Shown here: positions 1 through 13,756 of the stretch, piece after piece
How positions within the stretch are numbered: the first letter of the stretch is position 1
Layout: the number at the start of each line of letters is the position of its first letter
Assembly (NCBI RefSeq): GCF_000485595.1
Contig: NW_014577079.1
Location: 471,478-535,477 of the forward strand
Reading direction: 5' to 3'
Source: Priapulus caudatus
Taxonomy: Eukaryota
Length of the DNA stretch: 64,000 bases
Position numbers and translations under genes: made by a program
Notes under the pieces: model-generated
What the model was told of the DNA's origin: nothing
Seen by the model: only the letters and a program-made list of their open reading frames with translations
The model's database searches: none

Positions 1-2165
1 GTGTTGTGTGTGTGTCGCGCCATGGCATGTGCGCGTGGGCCGTGTGTCGGTCGCTGTGGGCGTGCGCGCGCGTGATGTGTGCGTATGTGCGAATTTCGTG
101 GAGCGTTCCATTTCGTACACCTACATTTCATACCTGGTAGAGTGCTCTCTGACCCTACAGGAGTACACCTACTTATGGAAAAGCTAAAATAGCGAACGAT
201 TAAGCAGCAAAACTTTCCACAGCGTCACGCAATCCCGGCAGCACATACTTGCAGTAGTGACGCCACAAATGTCACTCCGAGCCCAGACGCTTGAAAATAC
301 TGGCAATTATTATAATGGGAATTATACTGGCAATTATTATAATGGGAATTATACTGGCAATTATTAGATACGTCCGGCCTGCTAATTTATGTCGAGCTAG
401 GCGCATATTCTGCATCATCCCCACTGTACCAATAGAGGCGACAATTGATACTAGGTCTATTTATCAACACCACATCGCACTATCCATCAATTATAAGTGC
501 TGTCACCATTAACCTAAAGGCTCAATCTCTTGAAGAAATGCCATTCAGGATCATTTTTAGGTTTAAAGGACCATGACCCATTGGGTCCGCGTTGATCCGG
601 CCTAGAGGTCAATATCTCTGCGCAAGTTATTTATCATATAGCAGCAATACAGGAGCTGCATACGATGTTTTGTTAGGAGACGACTGATCTACGTGAGACT
701 ACACGTGATAAGTAGTGGGAATATGGGCGTACGCGGTATTCTAATTGAATAAATCTTTGTTAAACTCAACTTTAAATAACCTCGCTTCGTGCTCATTTTG
801 ACGTCCCTGCACTTACGTTAGGCTCGTGAGTTAAGATTGGAGAGAATTAGCTGCGGTAATTATCGAGATTGTTAGGATGTGGGGAGGTTAGTGTGTTACG
901 ACGGTGACTATAGTTGTGAAGCAAGAAGAAGTGGGGACTTTGATACGCGAGAGGATCGGGAGAGGAGGATCGTTATACGTGGGCGGTGTGATTACCATCT
1001 AACATTGCATGCAGCACAAGTAGGAAGTACTTCTCGTATTTGCCACTCTTGGCTTTCGAAACAGCTTTATGTACGCTCTCTCGCACACTCTCGCGAGCAA
1101 TTATTTTGTTTCTTACCACAGAGACACTTAGTAACGTTGTTTATTAGTGCCATATATAACTTGTGTAGTGGAACACGGTTTTAACGTGGCGATCTTAAAT
1201 TTTCACGTTATCGTACTGTTCTCTCTCATACATGACTTATGTTCCTCTTGAATATAACTCCTACTCAATCTCTGCCGACTTGAGACTTCTCTCCCTCCTC
1301 TACTGCTGGCTCTCTCTCTGCTCTCTCTCTTTCTTCTCTTCTCGTTCGTATATCTTTGGTCTCCTCTTCCGCCTCTCTCTCTTCTCTTCTTTTATAACAC
1401 ACCTCTCTCTTTTACTCACTATCGCCAAAACAAATAGTTTAATTGCTACTCACTCTCTCTCTCTCTGGCTTCACTTTTATCTTGGGCTTCTCTCCTCTCT
1501 CGAAAACCGCGCGGCTCCCTCGGTGTGTCTCGTGTTGTCAGTGTTGTCAGTAGATGTGTGATGGATGATCTGATGTCATGTGCGTGTGTGCATGTATGCG
1601 TGTGGTGCATTATGTGTCGTTTCTTGGTTGATGTGTGTGCGATATTGGAGACGTATTAATTCAGCCGTCCTGCGTGCGCGGCCGTCCACGTACGCACCGT
1701 TGAGTAGACTCGCGGCGGGCGCGGCCGCGCGCGGCGGGCGGGCGGCTGTGCCATGCATGTTTATATAGCAGAACTAGTAAATTGCGTGTCTTATGTCATA
1801 TACTAACGATATTGCATGTCTCTGAAATAAATCAAACCGTTGCCCTGCATATGCCCTCTGTTTATTTAGACGCTTTGATCTTTTTTTCTTCGTCTTACTT
1901 TCCTTTGGCCGGACTCGATACATTATATCTTGTATTACACTCACAGTTTTACTTTCTAGGTGATATGCAGTCATAGACAACAGTTCTTTTTTTATACACC
2001 ACATTTCTCCCTAACTGATAATATTAAATTCACTCACAACGAGAAGGGCTGTACTATATATTATATATATTATATATATATATTATATATATATATCTAT
2101 CTATCTATTATCTATCTATTCTATCTATCTATCTATCTCTCTATCTATTATCTATCTACTCGCTA

Positions 2166-2211
<46 letters not shown>

Positions 2212-3469
2212 CTTCAACTAAAAGCGCAACAATATACTGCCGCTTGCAAATTTCTTCGAGATACTCTATGTACTGCTCTTAGTATGCAAATGGCAATACA
2301 CGCAAAACTGGCGCCTATACGCACTTAGTCTTCATTACCCTGCACTCAGCATAGAAAGGAACGAAAATATGCTCATGATTGCTACACTAAGCACAGCTTA
2401 AACATTAGCACAAGACGACAATCTGCAAAAAAAGCGTAAACCTTTTTGTTTGCGTAATTTCTTACGTAAAGGCGTCCGTTTATCAAAAGGTGGAGGAGAG
2501 AAAAACACGATTATCAATAATGAATATCAAGCAGGTCGTAGGCAGAAATGATACCATAAATCGCTGTTGGCTTCGTGTACTACGCACGTGCTTTAGCATT
2601 TTTATATGAAGATGATAAACACGCATGCATTGCCTAAGTAGTAGCCTTGTTTGCCTGAGCGATGAGAAATTCCTGAGTCAAATGACTCCTAGTGCATAAT
2701 GTTTTGTATCGGTTTGCATAATCAATCCGAATAGAAGTTTAAAGACGGCATTACGAAATCGCAGAACATTCAATAATGGATTAATTATATTAGTTTTATG
2801 CGCGTTCATATTAATGCTGTGTGCTTTGAATTTGCATTAAAACAATACAATCTAATTATAGCTAATAAATGTAAAAATAAGCAAAATAATGTGATTTCTA
2901 ATATTTCACGAAAAGTCGCGCATTTTTCGACGGCACAGTACATACTAGCTGAGTTTAGAATCACGGCGTAGCAGCATGAAATTATCTTGCTTATTAACTT
3001 TTATGACAATAAAGACGTTCCTGGTAACTGTGCCTTGTGTGACGACAACGGAGTGTGATTAATGGTGATTAACTCGATAATTTGATCGATAATTGCCAAC
3101 ACACAATCGCGACTAGTTAAAATTTATATCCTAAAATTCTTCGATTACAACGGGCTTGCGTTAGATGTAGGGAACGCTTGACACTAGTACCACACAGCCT
3201 TCACTTTGCAAGGCATCTCGATTCTGTGTTGTTTGAAAAGGATGTTATGTGGCACGCGCTACTACAAAAACACTACGTACAGATTCGACGTGAGCGATGT
3301 TAGACGAGCATTTGGAATCGCATAACACGAGAAGATGTTCGTTTGCGTTAGGCGCCAGATGTTTCAACATGGTCTTTCCCGCGAGATGGTTGATAGCCGT
3401 GTATCGCCCACATCCGGCGGGTCGTCGCTGCATGCGCACGTAGTTGGGCCCAAACGCCTCCCACTTAAC

Positions 3470-4425
3470 TGCCCCCTCAACCACGTTCACCATCAACTGC
3501 CTCCCCCTCAACCGCGCCTCCCCCTCAACCGCCTCCCCTCAACCGCCTCCCCCTCAACCGCCACCCCTCAACCGCCCACCCCTTAACCGCCTACCCCTCA
3601 ACCGCCTACCACTCAACCACCACTCCCTCAACCGCCTCCCCCTCAACCGCCACTACCTCAACTGCCTCCCCCTCAACCGCCTACCACTCAACCGCCACTA
3701 CCTCAACCGCCCACCCCTCTCAAACCACCTCCTCCTCAACCACCTTCCCCTCAACTGCCTCTACCTCAACCACTTTTCCCTCAACCACATCCCCTCAACC
3801 ACCACCCCCCTCAACCGCCTCCCCTCTCAACCACCACCTCCTCAACCGCCTTCCCCTCAACCACCACTACCTCAACCACCTCCCTCTCAACCACCTCCTC
3901 CTCAACCATCTACCCCTCAACCGCCTACTCCTCAACCGCCTCCCCCTCAACCACCACCCACTCAAACACCTCCCCCTCAACCACCACCCCCTCAACCGCT
4001 TCCCCTCTCAACCACCACCCCCTCTACCGCCTTCCCCTCAACCGCCACTACCTCAACCACCTCCCTCTCAACCACCTCCTCCTCAACCACCTACCCCTCA
4101 ACCGCCTACTCCTCAACCGCCTCCCCTCTCAACCACCACCTCCTCAACCGCCTTCCCCTCAACCGCCACTACCTCAACCACCTCCCTTTCAACAACCTCC
4201 TCCTCAACCACCTACCCCTTAACCGCCTACTCCTCAACCGCCCCCCCCTCAACCACCACCCACTCAAACACCTCCCCCTCAACCACCACCCCCTCAACTG
4301 CCTCCCCCTCAACCGCCTACCACTCAACCACCACTCCCTCAACCGCCTCCCCCTCAACCGCCACTACCTCAACTGCCTCCCCCTCAACCGCCTACCACTC
4401 AACCGCCACTACCTCAACCGCCCAC
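3470..4425. repeat. C-rich minisatellite, about 15-bp unit (CCTCAACCGCCTCCC variants), running into an N gap
   Basis: Dozens of consecutive CCTCAACC cores. Explains the Pro-rich 402-aa ORF. Confidence 0.95.
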
Positions 4426-4822
4426 NNNNNNNNNNNNNNNNNNNNNNNNNNNNNNNNNNNNNNNNNNNNNNNNNNNNNNNNNNNNNNNNNNNNNNNNNNN
4501 NNNNNNNNNNNNNNNNNNNNNNNNNNNNNNNNNNNNNNNNNNNNNNNNNNNNNNNNNNNTATATGCGCAAGGGATGGGCTGCATGTGTAATAACGAGAGA
4601 ATATAGGCCTAACAACACACCAGAGACTGAGACGCATCAGTGTACACTATAGTATAGCGGCGATGCGGTTCGGCATACATCGGGTAATAACTGATATTGC
4701 TTTCGCCTCTTGTTTATTACATATACAGCTTGTCTAACGCATTTCCACTCTTATTTGCGCGGGCAGTAAATAAGGCGCGCTCGCCGTTATTAGGCAGGAA
4801 CCCGCGCGCATGTAACGACGTG

Positions 4823-4864
<42 letters not shown>

Positions 4865-5384
4865 GCAGCAGCAGTAGCAGATGCATCGTTTCCACGCCAC
4901 AAACGGCGGTATATATCGTCTGCTGAATAATATAAAGGGCGCCGAAGATGTCGCGGGCGGCATTTGCTGCCGCCAGTGAGACGGCGGTCGCGTTGTTGCT
5001 TGTAAGTTGCAGGCGCACGATTCGCAAAACTGGCGAGTTAAAAAAAATAACGCGGGAAGAATACGCGACGTAACACTGCAGACAGTTGTCAGCCAGCATA
5101 GATTTTCCCTTACGCGTAGACATATTTCCCTAGCTCTCCTCCTCCTCTTCTCCCCTCTCTCTCTATCTATCTCGCTCGCTTTCTCTGTGTCTATCTGTCT
5201 ATGTCTCCGTCTCGCTCTCGCGCTCTACAATTCTTTCCCTCGCTTTTTCTATCTTGTTCTCTCCCTCCCTTCGAGAGCCATCTCTCATTCCCACTTCTCC
5301 CGTTCTCGCCTGACCTCTCCCCCGTTCTCTGTCTTCCTCCCCTACCTCGCGTCCTGCCCGCGCGCGCTCTCTCTCTCTCTCCCT

Positions 5385-5543
5385 CCCCCTCTCTCTCTAG
5401 CTCTACGGAATGAGGTGATCGTATTGAACGACCTTTCACATTTCTCTCCTATTATTAGCCGACACCCCTCTCTCTCTAGCTCTACGGAATGAGGTGATCG
5501 TATTGAACGACCTTTCACATTTCTCTCCTATTATTAGCCGACA
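5385..5543. repeat. Tandem duplication of about 78 bp (2 copies)
   Basis: ctctctctagctctacggaatgaggtgatcgtattgaacgacc...attattagccgaca occurs twice in a row. Confidence 0.9.
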
Positions 5544-5734
5544 GTCACACGTGACGGCATAGCAGCGCTGCATCCCTCGGTGCGCAACGCGAGAGGCGTG
5601 CGTCGCGTTACCTAGGCGACGCAACGCGACGCGCGCGCGTGCGACGTGAAGCATAGGTGACGCAAAATGACGCGAGAGGCGTGTGTCGTGTAGCCTAGGC
5701 GACGCAACGCGACGCTAGGAGCGCACAATGGACG

Positions 5735-6070
5735 CGTGCGGACGGAACATGGCACTAGGCGCGTGCGTCAGGTAGCAGCCTAGACGACGCATCATGACGC
5801 TAAAGGGGTGCGTCAGGCAGCAGTCTAGACGACGCATCATGACGCTAAAGGGGTGCGTCAGGCAGCAGTCTAGACGACGCAACATGATGCTAAAGGGGTG
5901 CGTCAGGCAGCAGCCTAGACGACGCAACATGACGCTAGAGGAGTGCGTCAGGCAGCAGCCTATACGATGCAACATGACGCTAAAGGGGTGCGTCAGGCAG
6001 CAGCCTAGACGACGCAACATGACGCTAGAGGGGTGCGTCAGGCAGCCTAGACAACGCAACATGACGCTAG
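5735..6070. repeat. 45-bp minisatellite, about 7 copies
   Basis: Unit ACATGACGCTAAAGGGGTGCGTCAGGCAGCAGCCTAGACGACGCA repeated head to tail, with no unique spacers. Confidence 0.95.
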
Positions 6071-7301
6071 AAGTTTGTATAAGACACCCTGCCTTCATCG
6101 CTCTGCATGCGATACGCTCCGTGAAAGCCGCAGCTTAAATTTTAATTAAAACGGCGATAATATTTTCAATTAAAATGCTTATAATTTGGAAATCGTGAGC
6201 ACAAAAGACGATGTTGATACAGAGATTCAGTTTCAAATTATTGGATGGCGGCGCATAAGAGATTTGCACACACGCTGCACAGGGAAATGTACACAAATTC
6301 AGTCTCTTCCACGGCGGACACACGCATGCGTGGACGCATCAGCGTAACACGCACTTAACTCAACTAGCAATAGCAACGCGCGTAACATACGCAGCATACT
6401 AACAACCAGCCGTCGTGAATGTAAGTGCATAATAGCGTAGTCTAAGTTTTGCCAGCCCATAACTTAACACTCCTCGTTGGCTTGTCCTGCGTAAAATTAT
6501 GCATTTCTATTATTGCTTACATGACTCACCGGATGGGTAGGCCTCGTCGCAGAATCTCCTCTAATACCGGCTCGACTCCGTCATGCAACCTCGGTCTGTT
6601 TGGCTTTCAATGCGTTTTGTTGACGCTCGAGCAGAGTTGAGAATATAGAGTTGTCCAGATCGTGGCTGATTTTGCCCGGTCGCCTACAGCGGAGACGCCG
6701 AATGACAAATCTGGCCATGTATTCGAAAGCAATATGAACCATTTCCAGGGGGTGATTTAATCTCAACGATCCATCGACGCGAACGCCATCGCCGAGTTCT
6801 ACGCTCGTACACGACGACTGCAGTTGTTTGCCTCGGCGTGTATCTCCCCCCTGTAAAATGCTTTCGTAATAGAATAGAGTAGCGCGGCAGTCGGTGGCTC
6901 AGGTGAAACGTTTCGATCATGACAACGCTGTGAGTATTGCTTATATAAATGTATATCGCTCTTGTGTCCAGTATTTTGTATCGCGGTACTACTCACAGAT
7001 GGAACGCGCGTGTATTTGCCGCGTCACGCTCCTAGACGTTGTTTCCAGTTTTCTTGGGTATATCCGGTAGTTAAAACTTGATTATGCCAGCGGCGCTTCG
7101 TTACAATACAGATACAGATCAGATGCAGCATCGTTACGTAATTGTATCTTTAGCGTTGATTATTTTGTTGCTGCATATCCGCGCTGCTGTTCAAGTTATA
7201 GTTGTAGCTCGGCGCAACCTAGTTTTGTAGTGATTCAATGATAGTGGCAGCGTTGCAACCGCGTACACCTGCACGCACGGAGATGACATTGCCCTAGTTT
7301 C

Positions 7302-7582
7302 GCTGAGAGGGTCTATGTCCCCCAGGGTACTGCCGGAACGTACCCTGGGTACGGTTCGGTATACCGGAACGTACCCTGGTAACTATCTGATATGATTAGA
7401 GTTAGGGTTAGGGTTACTTAGGGTTAGGGTTAGGGTTGGGGTTGGGGTTAGAGTTAGGGTTAGGGTTAGGGAGTAGGCGTAGGCAACTCCCTAGACTCGT
7501 TAGTGTCGAGGTACGATCCGGCATATTAGATAGTACCAGGGTACGTTCCGGCAGTACCCTGGGGGACATAGACCCTCTCAGC
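7302..7582. mobile_element. MITE with perfect 47-bp TIRs, probable 9-bp TSD (Mutator-like) and an internal TTAGGG array
   Basis: GCTGAGAGGGTCTATGTCCCCCAGGGTACTGCCGGAACGTACCCTGG at 7302-7348 with its reverse complement at 7536-7582. Flanks cctagtttc / cttagtttc (8 of 9 match). Confidence 0.85.
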
Positions 7583-10500
7583 CTTAGTTTCCGCGCAGCA
7601 GGTCTAGACTGCTGAACAATTTTAATAAAGATCTGAGGGAAAAAGGAGAAAGGAGAAAGGAACCCACCGTAGAGTAGTATATAGTAGTAGTATATATTAT
7701 ATAGTATATAGTAGAGTAGTATATAGTAAATATCGTGTGCGGATTCGGTGAGATGAGCGACATTCATGGATTTTAAAATAATTTCCAAAATACATAGCGC
7801 GCGGTCACGCTGTGTATATGCGCGTGAGGTTAAAGAGGTATCGACAGGAAACTTGCGCCGTGCCAAAAATGAAATGCCAATGAATAAAATATAAATTATA
7901 TTTTCAACCGCAGTTTTAATGTTTATGTACCCTACATTGCGTAATAGATCAACATCAACGCGCCTCTACAACACAACATTTCACGCAGCACGCACATCAC
8001 TGTGCACCGACACATAAACGATGGGGAGCGTTTGCGCCGATTTTCTAGGCCGACGTGGAGTACAGAATTTCATAACCACTAAACCATCGGTGATAAATAT
8101 GATTCCCTATCCATCTACGATAATTTCTTTGCTGGGAGTGCACGCGGGAGAGGATAACTCACTGGTTATTTCGCAGAGGGCATGCGTCGCCAACGTCATC
8201 GGCGCAGGAGAAGTTCAGAGGGTATCGGCCGCTGCACCCTTCACGCAGGCGGGAAGCGTCGTCTTCTGCAAACACATCCCATCGACGCCCGACAATCGGG
8301 CAGCTCGCGATGAAATCACGAAGACAAACATGATATCGATTGCAGAGGAAATGGACATTCCATGCTCGTCGACCAGTAATTGTTAGTGACCCCGTCCACT
8401 TTGGCCTTTGTAGGATCTGCAGCGGACATCAGCGGCAATAACGGACAGCCAATAATGCGTATTGGCCGCGCAAGCACATCGATACTGCAACGAAATTTCA
8501 GCGGTGTTGAACTCGGTCGCCGCCTGCACGCGATATGCCTGTGCTCGGGCTCGTTTATTAATCGTGTGTGTACGTGCTGGCCCTTGCACGCAGAGTGACG
8601 TCGATCGCTACCAGCGGCAGCCGACACTGTTGCCGTGTGGTAATGCCGCAGCGAGAAAGTACACGCAGAAGACATTACTCAGCTATGTCTACATCTGCGT
8701 CTACGACTAGACCTACATCTATGTCTACCTCTAGACCTAAATCTAAGTCTACGTCTAGACCCACATCTATGTCTACGTGATAAAGACACGCACGCACGCG
8801 CGCGCACGCACGCGCGCGCGCGCACGCACGCACGCACGCACGCACGCACANNNNNNNNNNNNNNNNNNNNNNNNNNNNNNNNNNNNNNNNNNNNNNNNNN
8901 NNNNNNNNNNNNNNNNNNNNNNNNNNNNNNNNNNNNNNNNNNNNNNNNNNNNNNNNNNNNNNNNNNNNNNNNNNNNNNNNNNNNNNNNNNNNNNNNNNNN
9001 NNNNNNNNNNNNNNNNNNNNNNNNNNNNNNNNNNNNNNNNNNNNNNNNNNNNNNNNNNNNNNNNNNNNNNNNNNNNNNNNNNNNNNNNNNNNNNNNNNNN
9101 NNNNNNNNNNNNNNNNNNNNNNNNNNNNNNNNNNNNNNNNNNNNNNNNNNNNNNNNNNNNNNNNNNNNNNNNNNNNNNNNNNNNNNNNNNNNNNNNNNNN
9201 NNNNNNNNNNNNNNNNNNNNNNNNNNNNNNNNNNNNNNNNNNNNNNNNNNNNNNNNNNNNNNNNNNNNNNNNNNNNNNNNNNNNNNNNNNNNNNNNNNNN
9301 NNNNNNNNNNNNNNNNNNNNNNNNNNNNNNNNNNNNNNNNNNNNNNNNNNNNNNNNNNNNNNNNNNNNNNNNNNNNNNNNNNNNNNNNNNNNNNNNNNNN
9401 NNNNNNNNNNNNNNNNNNNNNNNNNNNNNNNNNNNNNNNNNNNNNNNNNNNNNNNNNNNNNNNNNNNNNNNNNNNNNNNNNNNNNNNNNNNNNNNNNNNN
9501 NNNNNNNNNNNNNNNNNNNNNNNNNNNNNNNNNNNNNNNNNNNNNNNNNNNNNNNNNNNNNNNNNNNNNNNNNNNNNNNNNNNNNNNNNNNNNNNNNNNN
9601 NNNNNNNNNNNNNNNNNNNNNNNNNNNNNNNNNNNNNNNNNNNNNNNNNNNNNNNNNNNNNNNNNNNNNNNNNNNNNNNNNNNNNNNNNNNNNNNNNNNN
9701 NGGACTCTTGATAAATATACATATATACATATATATATATATATTTCGCGGTATTACTCAGCATTTATATGATAGGGGTCACGTACTGTGCGCATCATAG
9801 ATTTATTTTACAGTCTGGGACAGTACAACAAACGCGAAGTGAGAAAGAGAGTAGATGTACGTAAATACAGCGTTCTATACGTATAACCCGAATCTTATGT
9901 CAATCAAGAGAGGCTTTGCAACCCAATTCATTATAACGTTTGCCCCTTGCTAGCCTCTGACTGAACTTTGTTCTTGGCTCGTATATAGAAATGAATTTGT
10001 GTGCAAAGCCAGTGGAACCATTGTGGCAGGCCGCATCAATACCCGAATTTGTGCAAGTGAACTTGTAATCCATATCTGTTTTTTTACAAATGAAAAAGGA
10101 GCGCAAAGAGGTTGCGCTCGTCCTCATTCATCTTGAAAGCGTGGTCGAAACCATGCAATTATCACTAAATAACCTCCACGGTCCTAGATGATTTCGCCGA
10201 GCTTAAACCCCGGCATCGAATTCCGTAGATCGGGGAATTCATTTATCATTGTGTTGGCGCACGCTTCCCTTCGCTCAGCGCCCAGGCGCGAGATAGGTGC
10301 TCTGTGGCTATCCATAACGTCAATAATGACCGTGCTCGTCGATTAGAGAGTGAACCGGAGTGTTTCATTTGTTCGACTATGCGGTATTTTACCATCGGTC
10401 ATGCCCGCCTAAAGTCCGTGTAAATTATAACCTCCCCCCGCGACCGAACGTAAATAGATCACATAGTCTGTGAGAGATCGTGCTTGCTCACGACTAGAGA

Positions 10501-11829
10501 TAGATCACATAGTCTGTGAGAGATCGCGCAAACAGCCATCCAGTCTGGTAACGATGCCCAGTTAAACACTGGCGACCCGAGCCGCTTTACTCTATCCGAG
10601 TACAGCTATATGGGCAAGCGTGTTTGAAGTAGGCGCCACTCTGTTTGCCAATCAGCGATCCAGCCAAGAATTCCCGCAGCGAACAATTATCCCTTCCTTC
10701 ATCACGTTGCGGCCGAGTTTTACAAAGATTCTTAAAAAAGCGGCGACAGTAGCGTTTCTATACTAATTTCCTTAAAAACATCATCATTCGCGTGTCAACG
10801 CCCGCGCGGTGTAATCAGCTATTATTTTACGTAAGAGACGGCGACGGCGTGGCATGTGTAGCTCGGCTCGGCCGTGAATAATCGATAGTGTTTTTGAAGG
10901 TCTCGCTCGCAGAGAGCTCGCCCGGCTTCCGCGATATTTCGGCGCGACATGGCCGTCAATTCGTGCGTGTGTGAAGGCATTTACGAGGCGAATATCCGCA
11001 TCTCACAGGCGAGTTCTCGCCAATCCTTGCTCCTGCTTCCCACCGCCGCCACCACCACCATGACCGCCTCTGCCGCCACCGCTGCCGCCATCACGGCCGC
11101 CACCGCCACCACCACCATGACCGCCTCTGCTGCCACCGCCACCGCCACCAACCATCTCGCACCACCAGAACGCACGAATCAGCGAACGAATCTTCGATGA
11201 TACTCGTCGGTCCTACTCCAGCTACTTGAAAGTCATTACCATAGGCGGAGAAGCCCCTTACAAAAGCGGGATACGCGGTGCGCGGACGACGCGGCGCGAC
11301 AAAACATCCGTACTGGCGCGCGGTCGCAACGCTGACAAAAACATGGCGACAGCGCAGAACGTTTTTTTTGTGATTTGTCAATGATTGTCTACCTGCTCGC
11401 CGACGCGACGATTGATCATACCTGTGCAGGCGAGTCGCGCACTCAAATATTAACGAACGCGGCGCGGCGCGTGTCTGGGGTTTGTCCGCTGTCGGTACGT
11501 GTCAACATAAAAGCTGCGCCAGTACGGCGCACCATTACGGCGCCCACCACCTCCGACTCGCCGTGGTTTTAAGCGCCAGCCTCGTGTGTGCATTCATCTG
11601 AGTTGTAACAACAGCTTCGCGGGAGCGAGCTTTGGCGCTTATCTCGCTGCGACAGGCGAGCCGATGCCTGCTGCATGAGCTGTTTCCTGCCTCTTCGCAG
11701 CGTCGTCGAATCGCGTCGCGGGGATATCTCGCACCACATTGTTAGTGCCGCTATAGCGACGCATTTGCCGGGTTGGCCGTCATCGGCCCGTAGCACATGG
11801 AAAGGAATGACAACAACGTACGCATACAG

Positions 11830-12180
11830 TGATGACACCGATGTACACACGTACTGATGACGTCAACGTACACGTATACTGATGACAACGACGTAGATGC
11901 GTACTGATGACGTCAACGTACACGTATACCAATGACAACGACGTAGATGCGTACTGATGACGTCACCGTACACGTATACAGATGACAACGACGTATACGC
12001 GTACTGATGACACCTACGTAGATGCGTACTGATGACATCAACGTACACGTATACCGATGACAACGACGTACACGCGTATTGATGACATCAACGCATAACG
12101 ATGACATCAACGTACACGCATAACGATGACAGCAGCGTAAACGCATACTGAGAACATAAACGTACACGCGTACTGGTGAC
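11830..12180. repeat. Minisatellite with 50-bp period (dimer of about 25-bp subunits, TACTGATGAC core)
   Basis: gtactgatga recurs at 11851, 11901, 11951 and 12001, then degenerates. Confidence 0.9.
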
Positions 12181-12326
12181 TGGTACTGGTGACGTTAACC
12201 GCGTGATGAAGGAATCTCGCAGCAGACGCCTACCGCGTCGGTCGCGTGATGCTGATGATACGTAATGTATGAGGAGACCACGTACAGTATGCAGAATGTT
12301 CGCGCACCCTGACACCGCGACGCTGG

Positions 12327-12357
<31 letters not shown>

Positions 12358-12414
12358 CGTGTGCGTGCGCGTGTATGCGTGCGTGTGCGCGCGCGTGCGT
12401 GCGTGCGTGCGTGC

Positions 12415-12453
<39 letters not shown>

Positions 12454-13181
12454 CAGAGTTGGGTGTCATAGACGTGTGGCCAGCGGACCGGCGACACTCG
12501 CTCGCGCGCATTTGAAGTCTCATGCAGATTACAGCTAAATTACGTACACAGAGCAGCACCGCGCGTTTAATTGTCCGCGAGTTCAGCGTCATTCATTCTC
12601 TGCAAACGACACCAGCGAAGAGGTATGTCTCGTGTTCGGTGAAAGCAAGAACGATGTCATTTTCGACCACATTATGCATTAGCTTCGCACACAGGGTGCC
12701 TGCGCGCCGCGCGTATGTATATATATATATAGTCACCACTCGCTTACACATCGCGCGCGCGCTCTCTTGTTATATCCTTTTATGTTCCGTGATTTCTCGA
12801 TCGATATCCCGTCGTGCATTGTCGCGACTTCGACATCGAGCCGGCCTGTCCCTGGGACAACGTCTTTAGCATATTCGCCCCCAGGTGAAATGACTGCTCC
12901 ATAATCCGCTTCATTTCAGAAACATTCGCCGGGATAAAATCATGAATAAGATGCTGCACTGTATATACGCGCGACAGCGGCGCGAGGTTGCTGTTCACGA
13001 AGCCTGCATAGAATGTCAGCCGGGACGGTTAGCGCGTCCTCCTTCCAACACCCAACCACCCACCCAGCCACCCACCCACCCAGCCACCCAAGCACCCACG
13101 CAGCCATCCAACCACCTACCCACGCAGCCATCCAANNNNNNNNNNNNNNNNNNNNNNNNNNNNNNNNNNNNNNNNNNNNNN

Positions 13182-13253
<72 letters not shown>

Positions 13254-13696
13254 GAGAGAAAGCGAGAGAGAGAAAGAGATCGGGCGGCGTCATGTAAAAA
13301 AAACACTGAAGAGGAGGGAAATGACCATTGCTCTTTCTCCGGTGTGCGCCGCCACCGCCGCCGCCGCCGCCTCACAAACCACAAGCGCTATACAGAGCAA
13401 TCACACCGGCGCAAAATTGATTCCGTCGTCTTCGGCGAAAAAGCAATGAAGGTTTGTGCAAACGCCGTACTTCCGTTTCGCTAGAACGCCGACAGGAAAC
13501 GTGTCGCCGTCTTCGTCGTCGACGGCGTCGTGTATAAGAGCGGACGTCGGACACTGTATGGTCGTCGATACACGCGCTTTCTCGCGAGGCGGGAGGTTTA
13601 TAGAGCTTCAATCACGGATACAGCTTCGCAACGATCTCTCTCTCTCTCTCGTAACGCAAAACTTCTTCTCGATCGCTGTAACGCACGCTGAGTAGC

Positions 13697-13756
13697 CACA
13701 CGCAAACACACACAGAACTCGATGTCGGTATATTTTTTCACGGTATTTATTGTACA
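13697..13756 (-). terminator. Distal polyadenylation site: TGTA + AATAAA (13751-13746) + GU-rich downstream element
   Basis: Sense strand reads TGTAC-AATAAA, followed about 30 nt later by TTCTGTGTGTGTTTGCGTGTGG. This is canonical UGUA / hexamer / GU-rich layout. Confidence 0.65.

Noticed and set aside
3444..4652. 402-aa proline-rich or LRR-like ORF
   Set aside because: Translation of a 15-bp minisatellite that runs through an N gap.
5715..6138. CRISPR-like array or repeat protein
   Set aside because: Head-to-tail 45-bp units with no unique spacers, no cas genes, and a eukaryotic context.
7396..7471. True telomere or chromosome end
   Set aside because: Short, degenerate and enclosed within MITE terminal inverted repeats.
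8675..9772. ORFs over 300 aa here and at 57901-58945
   Set aside because: Made almost entirely of N-gap codons.
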